Assembly: GCA_964429215.1 (NCBI GenBank)
Contig: CAYSAY010000004.1
Span: 8,421-72,420 of the forward strand
Length of the DNA: 64,000 nucleotides
Source of the DNA: an uncultured Gammaproteobacteria bacterium
Lineage (GTDB): Bacteria; Patescibacteriota; Microgenomatia; UBA8517
Reading direction: 5' to 3'
In this document: positions 57,499 to 64,000 of the stretch, piece by piece
How positions within the stretch are numbered: position 1 is the stretch's first letter
How the letters are laid out: every line of letters begins with the position of its first letter
The notes under the pieces: model-generated
Database searches by the model: none
The model's input: only the letters and a program-made list of their open reading frames with translations
What the model was told of the DNA's origin: nothing
Program-made: the position numbers and the translations under genes

Positions 57499-58344
57499 GT
57501 GCAAAATATGAACAAACAAGAAAAAATTATTAGTGAATTTTTAATGCAGCTTGGTTATGCAGTTGAAGCAATAGAAATTTATTTGGCCTTAATAAAAAAT
57601 GGACCATCAACACTACTTAAAATTGCAAAAAGTTGTGGTGTAGAACGCACAAAACTATATAGAACTGTAGACAAGCTAATAGAAAGTGGAATTCTAGAAG
57701 AAGTTCCAGAATATAAAAGGAGGACTGTCAAAGCTGTTGATATTAATACAATTGAAGGACTAGTTAGAGAAAAAGAATTAGAAGCACTAAACTTAAAGTC
57801 ATCACTTTCTCTGTTTACGTCCACTGTTCAGGAATATTCAAAAGATGATACACCAAAAGTAAATGTTGTCTATTACAAAGGTCAAGAGGGGTTAAAACAA
57901 ATGATATGGCATATTACAAATTGCAAAGGTTTATACAGAACCTATTCCTACCGTTTTTGGAATGATATTGCAGGGGATAAATTTACTTTAGAAATTAATA
58001 AAGAAATGCTAGCGAAAAAATTTAAAGTTCATGATTTATATTCAGATCAGTATTTAAAATATAAAGAAAATTGGATGAAAACAAAAGGTAAAAAACCGGC
58101 AGGGGACTGGAGTTTTTGGGATGCTAGGTTTATTTCAGAAAAAATAGTAAAAATTAACCAAAATATAGATATCTATAATGATATTGTGGCTTATTCATAC
58201 TGGGATGGAACAGATATGTTTGGCGTAGAAATTCAAAACCAAAGGGTCGCGGATATGCAAAAGCAAATTCATGATACATTGTGGAAGCTAAGTAAAAGAG
58301 TCAATCACTTTGACTGGGCCAACCCAAAGTGGGTGAAAAGATAA
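57499..58344 (+). CDS. TrmB-family HTH transcriptional regulator
   Basis: N-terminal EAIEIYLALIKNGPSTLLKIAKSCGVERTKLYRTVDKLIESGIL wHTH; C-terminal TrmB-like domain. Confidence 0.6.
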   Translation: MQNMNKQEKIISEFLMQLGYAVEAIEIYLALIKNGPSTLLKIAKSCGVERTKLYRTVDKLIESGILEEVPEYKRRTVKAVDINTIEGLVREKELEALNLKSSLSLFTSTVQEYSKDDTPKVNVVYYKGQEGLKQMIWHITNCKGLYRTYSYRFWNDIAGDKFTLEINKEMLAKKFKVHDLYSDQYLKYKENWMKTKGKKPAGDWSFWDARFISEKIVKINQNIDIYNDIVAYSYWDGTDMFGVEIQNQRVADMQKQIHDTLWKLSKRVNHFDWANPKWVKR

Positions 58345-58354
58345 CTTTTTTTTG

Positions 58355-58426
58355 TGTCCTCGTTCAGAATCGGACTGAAATCTAGGGATTAGGAATCCCT
58401 CGTTCTATCCATTGAACTACGAGGAC
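58355..58426 (-). tRNA. tRNA-Arg (anticodon CCU), with atypical T-loop
   Basis: Reverse complement folds as acceptor GTCCTCG/CGAGGAC, U8 A9, D-arm GTTC-AATGGATA-GAAC, anticodon stem AGGGA/TCCCT with loop TTCCTAA, 4-nt variable loop, T-arm TTCAG-TCCGATT-CTGAA (C at position 55), discriminator A. The opposite strand fails at the T-arm/acceptor junction. Confidence 0.55.
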
Positions 58427-58443
58427 ATAGATCTACGAGTTCA

Positions 58444-59586
58444 TTATTTAATGCTTAATGAATATAAATTTGGGGCTGATGAATCAGACCCTAAATTAGT
58501 CAAGATTAAAAGTTTACTTGCATTAACAAATGGGTATGCATGTGGGGCAATGTAATTACCAGAAAATACTGTTTGTCTGTTTGTCCCATCATAGTCCATA
58601 ATTACGATTTTTCCCTCATCTGGGTATACCAAATGTCTTGAAGTAGGTAACCAATAAAGGGATCTTCCATTGTCCAATACCTCAAAATTCTTATCTTCTT
58701 TGATATCGTAAATATAGGTTTTACCTACTTTGATAGCCCTAGATTCTAGTTGTGTAGAACTGCCCGGAAGTTTAGAAATTAGGTCTGGTTTTAATGTCGC
58801 CTCAGAACTTGCAGTGTACATTACCATGTTGTCATCAGGCGAAAATATATAGTTTTTAGTTTTATTTTTTAATATTAAAGATAATTCGTCAGGTACATAT
58901 TTAAACTGTGCCTCATCTCTTGTTTTCTTTTCAAGTTGCCATTCCTTCTGTATTTCAGGAAGTTTTGTTGTGATGTTAGTCATTTCCGATTGTGAATTAA
59001 GTTGGTTTGAATCAAGTAAAAAGTTACCAGTTTTAGTGGTAAGCAATATCTGTCTTGAGTTTGGTGAAAAGATATAACTTGCCTCAGTATCAGTTATTAC
59101 TGCAATCTTCTTAGGTTCATTAGGGAACCCAATTGGAAGAGTAGAAACAGACATTACCCATAAACCCTCATCGTTTGTGTATGCAATCCTACTAAAGTCA
59201 GAAGAAGCTACTGGGTTTTTAACTCCACTATATGTAACAGGCGACAATGCTGGAGCGACTTTGAAAAGTTGTGCAGTTACTTGTGTTACTTCTTCCTTTT
59301 TAATAGTCAATCTTTTTTTCCAAGATAAATAGCCGTCCTTTTTAATTTCAACATCATAAGTATTTGGCGCCAACTTCAAATTAGTATTAGTTGCTCCTTT
59401 TAAACTGTTGTTTACAACAATTGAAGCACCATCAGGGTCTGATTTAGCAACCAATATGCCGTTTTCTAAAAACTTAAATGTACCTGTATCAAACTGGTAC
59501 CCTCTAGCTATCAGTGCTACAAAATAACCTACAATTCCCACAACTGCAAAGGTTGAAAATAAAACAAACACTCTTAGTTTAGTCAT
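58444..59586 (-). CDS. membrane-anchored PEGA-domain protein with beta-propeller-like region
   Basis: N-terminal TM helix, PEGA-like DPDGASIVVNNSLKGATNTNLKLAPNTYDVEIKKDGY, then a beta-rich repeat region. Confidence 0.55.
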   Translation of the reverse strand: MTKLRVFVLFSTFAVVGIVGYFVALIARGYQFDTGTFKFLENGILVAKSDPDGASIVVNNSLKGATNTNLKLAPNTYDVEIKKDGYLSWKKRLTIKKEEVTQVTAQLFKVAPALSPVTYSGVKNPVASSDFSRIAYTNDEGLWVMSVSTLPIGFPNEPKKIAVITDTEASYIFSPNSRQILLTTKTGNFLLDSNQLNSQSEMTNITTKLPEIQKEWQLEKKTRDEAQFKYVPDELSLILKNKTKNYIFSPDDNMVMYTASSEATLKPDLISKLPGSSTQLESRAIKVGKTYIYDIKEDKNFEVLDNGRSLYWLPTSRHLVYPDEGKIVIMDYDGTNRQTVFSGNYIAPHAYPFVNASKLLILTNLGSDSSAPNLYSLSIK

Positions 59587-59618
59587 ATGAAGAATTATAC
59601 TATATAATTAGCTTAAAT

Positions 59619-60671
59619 ATGTTTAACAGGAAAAAAATCGCAATTGATTTAGGAACTGCAAACACTCTTGTTTGGGTTGCAGGGCAAGGTTTAGTAGCAA
59701 ACGAGCCAACAGTTGTAGCAACATCAGTTGATGATAATAAAATCGTAGCCGTCGGAATTGAGGCTAAAAAAATGTTAGGCAGAACTCCAGAAGCATTACT
59801 TGCCAACAGGCCAATGAGAGATGGGGTTATTGCAGATTATTCAGCTACTGAAGCCATGCTTAGATATTTCATATCTAAAGCTCTTGGTGTCGCCGGTGAA
59901 GCCGGTCTTGTGAAGTCTCTTTCCCGATTTTCCTCTTTTCTTCTCCGTCCTGATGTTATGGTTTGTGTCCCAGCAGGTTGCACTCAAGTTGAAAGGCGAG
60001 CAGCCTTAGATGCAACACTTAGTGCAGGCGCAGCACATGCCTATTTAATTGATGAGCCATTAGCAGCAGCAATTGGTGCAGGCATACCTGTTTCAGCTCC
60101 ATCTGGGCATATGATAGTAGATAGTGGTGGAGGGTCAACTGAGGCAGCAGTAATTTCACTTGGTGGTGTAGTTGTGCATAAATCTACACGTACAGCTGGT
60201 ACAAAAATCGATGAAGCAATAATTGCCTTTATGAAGAAGAAGCACAATTTGGTAATAGGCGATACCACAGCAGAGGATATAAAAATAAAGATAGGGTCTG
60301 CAATAAAGTTACCAAAAGAAGAGAAGCTTGAGATATCAGGCCGCGATCTTGTTTTTGGTCTACCAAGAACTGTAACTATTACATCAACTGACGTGACTAC
60401 AGCAATTAAACCAGTACTAATGTTAATGATTGGTGCAGTTAAGGCTGTACTTGAAGATACCCCTCCAGAACTTGCTGCAGATATTATCGATAAGGGAATA
60501 ATTATGAGTGGAGGAACTTCCAGTTTAAGAAATTTGAATAAACTTCTAACAGAAGAAACAGGTGTTCCTGCCCATGTCGCAGATGAACCATTGCTTTGTG
60601 TTGTTCGTGGTACAGGTTTGGTACTTGAAAACATTGAGTTATGGAAGAGAAGTGTCACAACTAAAGGGTAA
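59619..60671 (+). CDS. mreB: rod-shape-determining protein MreB
   Basis: IAIDLGTANTLVW phosphate-1 motif, actin-fold motifs throughout, 350 aa. Confidence 0.95.
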   Translation: MFNRKKIAIDLGTANTLVWVAGQGLVANEPTVVATSVDDNKIVAVGIEAKKMLGRTPEALLANRPMRDGVIADYSATEAMLRYFISKALGVAGEAGLVKSLSRFSSFLLRPDVMVCVPAGCTQVERRAALDATLSAGAAHAYLIDEPLAAAIGAGIPVSAPSGHMIVDSGGGSTEAAVISLGGVVVHKSTRTAGTKIDEAIIAFMKKKHNLVIGDTTAEDIKIKIGSAIKLPKEEKLEISGRDLVFGLPRTVTITSTDVTTAIKPVLMLMIGAVKAVLEDTPPELAADIIDKGIIMSGGTSSLRNLNKLLTEETGVPAHVADEPLLCVVRGTGLVLENIELWKRSVTTKG

Positions 60672-60870
60672 AGTAGTATATAGGGAGTGGTATATAGTAT
60701 ATTGGAGTCAAAACAAAACGAATGTTAGCAACTTGAGGATAACTCCTTAAAAGTGAAGCTAAGAATTGAACTATATTTTTATACATTTGTGTTAGTAATT
60801 AAAAATTAATAACGACATTATATGTCTATAGTAATTCACAATATACTATATACTATATACAATATACTTT
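60672..60870. repeat. MITE-like element with terminal inverted repeats of the AGTATATAGTATATTG family
   Basis: Left agtagtatatagggagtggtatatagtatattgg; right cacaatatactatatactatatacaatatact (reverse complement agtatattgtatatagtatatagtatattgtg). Same repeat family as the flanks of the gene at 52533. Confidence 0.4.
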
Positions 60871-60993
60871 TTCTTTATGCGGAATAAATACGGTAAATTT
60901 TTAAGTAAAATATTAAAATAAATTATAAAATTGTTAGAAATATAACAAGTAAATTGAATTTAGATAGTTAAAATTTGAACTTAGTAATAAAAT

Positions 60994-61923
60994 ATGCCAA
61001 GTAATTATAAAACATTAGAGCGAAAAGAAGGCTATATCTTAGGAATCAAGATATCTATCACTTCAAAGAGGGAAGTGCTAGACTTTGTATCCTCTAGGCT
61101 CGACACTAAAGAAAAATTTTACATTGTCACACCAAATCCAGAGAATTTATTACTTGCTACAAAGGATTGGCTATTGGCAAAGGCTATAAGAAGATCCGAC
61201 TTTTCAGTGCCAGATGGTATTGGTTTGTCCCAAGCAAATAAATTTTTAAGTTTTAAAGAAAATAGAAACAATATTTTTAGGCCGGTAATACTAATGTGTC
61301 AAGGGCTTTTGGTTGGAGCATCAACTTTTATTAATAAAAGTTATTTAACCAAAGATCTAGAAGTTATAAAAGGGAGAGAATTATTCTTGGATATAATGAA
61401 TATCTTAAACCAGAAGAAATTAAGAGTTTATTTATTTGGTGGAGAGCATGGAGAGCAAGAAACTACACTTAAGGAATTACAAAAATTATATCCCAACATT
61501 ACTTACAAGACTAGTTATAAATTCCCACACTATGGAAAAAATGGACAACCTGTATCAGTAGGAGATAGAAAGATGCACAAAAATATAGTAGGATCCATCA
61601 AATTATTTGAGCCAGATTTCATATTTGTTGCGATGAACACACCAAAGCAAGAGAATTGGATATATAGAAACTTCTTCAGACTTACTAATGTAACAGGAGC
61701 TATGACCGTGGGAGGAACATATAACTACATTGCAGGTAATATGAAAACTCCACCAAAATGGGTAGAGAATATTGGTCTTGAGTGGCTTTATAGATTTATC
61801 CAAGAACCAAAAAGATTTAGAAGAATACTAAATGCAGTTATAATATTTCCTTGGAATGTTTTTAAGTATAAATTAAACCTACCAAACTACAGTAAGTTAC
61901 GTACGGCCGTCAAAGTTAAATAG
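60994..61923 (+). CDS. WecB/TagA/CpsF-family glycosyltransferase (GT26)
   Basis: FYIVTPNPENLLLATKD, VYLFGGEHGEQE, FIFVAMNTPKQENWI family pattern. Confidence 0.7.
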   Translation: MPSNYKTLERKEGYILGIKISITSKREVLDFVSSRLDTKEKFYIVTPNPENLLLATKDWLLAKAIRRSDFSVPDGIGLSQANKFLSFKENRNNIFRPVILMCQGLLVGASTFINKSYLTKDLEVIKGRELFLDIMNILNQKKLRVYLFGGEHGEQETTLKELQKLYPNITYKTSYKFPHYGKNGQPVSVGDRKMHKNIVGSIKLFEPDFIFVAMNTPKQENWIYRNFFRLTNVTGAMTVGGTYNYIAGNMKTPPKWVENIGLEWLYRFIQEPKRFRRILNAVIIFPWNVFKYKLNLPNYSKLRTAVKVK

Positions 61924-62409
61924 TTTGACAAAAGCCTTCTTTGCTCTATATATTTTACCTTCGACCGCACGGGGAGAGATCTTCATTACAACTGAAATCT
62001 CTTTATATGACAAATCGCGGTAGTATCTATACTGTAATAATTTCCTTTTATCCTCCGGTAATAGATCTAAAATTTCATTAACCTTTAATCGGAGCTCATC
62101 TAAGGCCATTTTTTCCTCTATTGGTATATCTTTTGATTCAATTTGAGAAAGCCACTTAAGAGTGGGTACAACTAGGTGAGACCGTTTATTAACCTGATCT
62201 CGGTAGTAATCTGCAATTTTATTTAGTGCTATTCGGCAGAGCCAAGTAAAAAAGGTAGATTTGTGTTCAAATTTTTTATATCCTTTCCATGCTGCCTCAA
62301 AAGTTTCAGTTACTATTAAGTCAGCTGCTTCTGGGTCACTTCCAATCTTTTTGAATACAAAGCGAGTAAGTGGGGACATAAATTGCTTGTAAAGCGACTC
62401 GAAATGCAT
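61897..62409 (-). CDS. ECF-type RNA polymerase sigma-70 family factor
   Basis: Region 2 FTWLCRIALNKIADYYR, region 4 LSYKEISVVMKISPRAVEGKIYRAKKAF. Confidence 0.8.
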   Translation of the reverse strand: MHFESLYKQFMSPLTRFVFKKIGSDPEAADLIVTETFEAAWKGYKKFEHKSTFFTWLCRIALNKIADYYRDQVNKRSHLVVPTLKWLSQIESKDIPIEEKMALDELRLKVNEILDLLPEDKRKLLQYRYYRDLSYKEISVVMKISPRAVEGKIYRAKKAFVKLFNFDGRT

Positions 62410-62472
62410 ATGTGTAGTATATCAAAATCCAGAGCGTGGGATTTTCAGATTTTAAAAGACTAACTAATTACC

Positions 62473-62685
62473 ATGACACGGTTTTTAACTAGAGGTATAG
62501 CATCAAAGGTAAATTTACCAAGACTGGATCTAGTTAAATTAAAAGATACTATTGAAGCTAGAATTGATGATATAATCGAATATCCAGGTAGTAAAAAAGG
62601 GGATTCAGGCATTTGGTATATGTCTGATTGGATTGACCATCAAGTTAAAAAAGCAGTTGAAGGTAAAAGTCGAGAAAGAAAATGA
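62473..62685 (+). CDS. small hypothetical protein
   Basis: ORF only. Confidence 0.25.
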   Translation: MTRFLTRGIASKVNLPRLDLVKLKDTIEARIDDIIEYPGSKKGDSGIWYMSDWIDHQVKKAVEGKSRERK

Positions 62686-62697
62686 TAATAATAAAAC

Positions 62698-62928
62698 ATG
62701 GGAATAGAAGTTAAAACTGATAATAATTCTGATGAAAGTGATGAAATTAAATTTTCTGACCTAGAACTTTTGGGACGTGGAAAAAGTCATCAACAGAAAG
62801 AATCTTCTCCTATAAGGCGAGCAATTGCCAGAGCGCTTCGAAAAAACAGAAAAGTAGGCCCCGATGATGGAGATACACTTGGTTTAAGTTCTGTCTTCAA
62901 AAATGATCCGTTTAAAAAAGAAGATTAA
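62698..62928 (+). CDS. small hypothetical charged protein
   Basis: ORF only. Confidence 0.25.
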   Translation: MGIEVKTDNNSDESDEIKFSDLELLGRGKSHQQKESSPIRRAIARALRKNRKVGPDDGDTLGLSSVFKNDPFKKED

Positions 62929-63803
62929 TATTCTCTTTCTAAAATGAAGTCGATTAGCTCGATGAGCTTTGATCTTGCGGGTTCATCTGATAAAAATTGC
63001 AACTCATTGTCAAATATTTTTCTTGCTAATTCTTTCTCATTTTCAGCTAGTTTTTTTGTAAACTCAACACCTTTATCTGTTGCTAAAGTGGATTTTCCTT
63101 CCTTTTTGTCTTGCTCCAAATCTAATATATCGTCAACTAGTTGAAAACATCTTCCTAAGTGCAAACCAAAGTCGGTCAATTTATCTAATTGTTCGCTAGT
63201 GGCACCAGCCAAAATAGCTCCTAATCTCATGGGTCCTGCTATTGAATAATATGCTGATTTGCTATCCGCTACAAAAAAGTACTGATCACTAGAAGTCTTT
63301 GTTTTTTTATTCGTCCATATTTGTTCAACAGCCTGTCCAAGTGTTGTACGTATCATTATTCTATAAAACTCGTCTACTATTTCAGAATTTTTACAGTCAA
63401 TAGTCATTTTCCACATTATGTTTTCAAGGGTATCACTGGCGTTAATTGCAAGTTCTGTTCCATAAATTTTGTGAAGTGTAGGGCCTCCTCTTCGTTCATC
63501 AGAATCGTCTTCAATATCATCAGAAATTAATATCCATTCTTCAGAAAGTTGCATTGCACCAGCTACATTTGTAGCTATTTTTGAATCAATTCCCATTGCG
63601 GTTGCAATTAGTATTACTAGTGTAGGTCGAAGGTATTTGCCTTTTCTCTCAGGATAAACTCTGTTTATTTTCCAAAATTCATCTGCCTCATTTTTAAATT
63701 GTGAGGGAATTTCAAACTGTTTGGGATATTTAGGATCCTCCAAATATTTTTCAATTACCGGCCAGACTAATTCCTTTGTTTCCTCAAGTGTTTGCTGTAT
63801 CAT
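62925..63803 (-). CDS. polyprenyl diphosphate synthase (trans-isoprenyl diphosphate synthase family)
   Basis: First Asp-rich motif LISDDIEDDSDERRG and second motif FQLVDDILD. Confidence 0.85.
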   Translation of the reverse strand: MIQQTLEETKELVWPVIEKYLEDPKYPKQFEIPSQFKNEADEFWKINRVYPERKGKYLRPTLVILIATAMGIDSKIATNVAGAMQLSEEWILISDDIEDDSDERRGGPTLHKIYGTELAINASDTLENIMWKMTIDCKNSEIVDEFYRIMIRTTLGQAVEQIWTNKKTKTSSDQYFFVADSKSAYYSIAGPMRLGAILAGATSEQLDKLTDFGLHLGRCFQLVDDILDLEQDKKEGKSTLATDKGVEFTKKLAENEKELARKIFDNELQFLSDEPARSKLIELIDFILEREY

Positions 63804-63806
63804 TAA

Positions 63807-63824
63807 TATGTATTATATAATACA
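63807..63824. promoter_or_regulatory. perfect 18-bp palindrome ATGTATTATATAATACAT in the divergent promoter region between the polyprenyl synthase and uppS
   Basis: Read directly; contains a TATATAAT -10-like core. Confidence 0.45.
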
Positions 63825-63829
63825 TTCTC

Positions 63830-64000
63830 AATGGCTAATACAATCACTCTTCCAAAGAATACCACGGTGCCTAACCATATTGCTATGATCCTAGATGGAA
63901 ACAGAAGATGGGCTAGAGCAAGAGGACTTAAACCATGGGAAGGCCACTACAATGGATATTTAGCAGTAGAAGCTCTTGCAAAAGCAGTCAGAAATTTGGG
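63830..64000 (+). CDS. uppS: undecaprenyl diphosphate synthase (cis-prenyltransferase), N-terminal part, continues beyond the window
   Basis: [18 protein letters not shown] signature. Confidence 0.85.

Noticed and set aside
60041-60658. 205-aa ORF antisense to mreB
   Set aside because: It lies entirely within the highly conserved mreB on the opposite strand. It is Ser/Thr/Pro-rich and looks like an antisense artefact.
62426-62447. Hairpin AAAATCC-AGAGCGTG-GGATTTT considered as a terminator
   Set aside because: No upstream co-directional gene ends nearby and the downstream U-tract is weak. It is more likely part of a 5-prime leader or a chance structure.
1-64000. Alternative genetic code (UGA as Gly, code 25) suggested by the in-frame TGA in the exchanger gene
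   Set aside because: Very long ORFs (2577, 1492, 867, 825 aa) are uninterrupted and many well-supported genes terminate at TGA, so standard code 11 is far more consistent. The single TGA is better explained by pseudogenisation.

Overview
This 64 kb window is AT-rich (roughly one-third GC by eye) and densely coding. It looks like a small-genome bacterium, plausibly of the CPR/Patescibacteria type, though that is an inference. The clues are split ComEC genes, two genes for a TIGR02436-type four-helix-bundle protein (the family found in 23S rRNA intervening sequences), several giant Thr/Gly-rich proteins and weak Shine-Dalgarno signals. Housekeeping genes are confidently identified: leuS, argS, mreB, comEA, split comEC, an M16 peptidase, a polyprenyl synthase and the start of uppS. 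There are two tRNA genes, tRNA-Pro(CGG) and a tRNA-Arg(CCU)-like gene. The remainder is accessory-like surface and signalling content: three giant fibre-like proteins (867, 1492 and 2577 aa) with internal long repeats, several two-component sensors with receiver-only regulators, and an operon of secreted and membrane-anchored surface proteins. It also carries an AbiEi/AbiEii pair next to tRNA-Pro, a Fic protein with a degenerate active-site motif, and a RhuM-family gene. The most notable regulatory call is a T-box riboswitch upstream of argS with a textbook antiterminator/terminator. Two further observations are inverted-repeat-flanked cassettes carrying the four-helix-bundle genes, and a 2577-aa protein whose N-terminus looks like an integrase-type SAM domain and whose C-terminus carries a phage tail-fibre autochaperone. 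Several genes look decayed: a cation exchanger with an in-frame TGA and a sensor with a frameshift. No CRISPR array, rRNA or complete prophage was seen.
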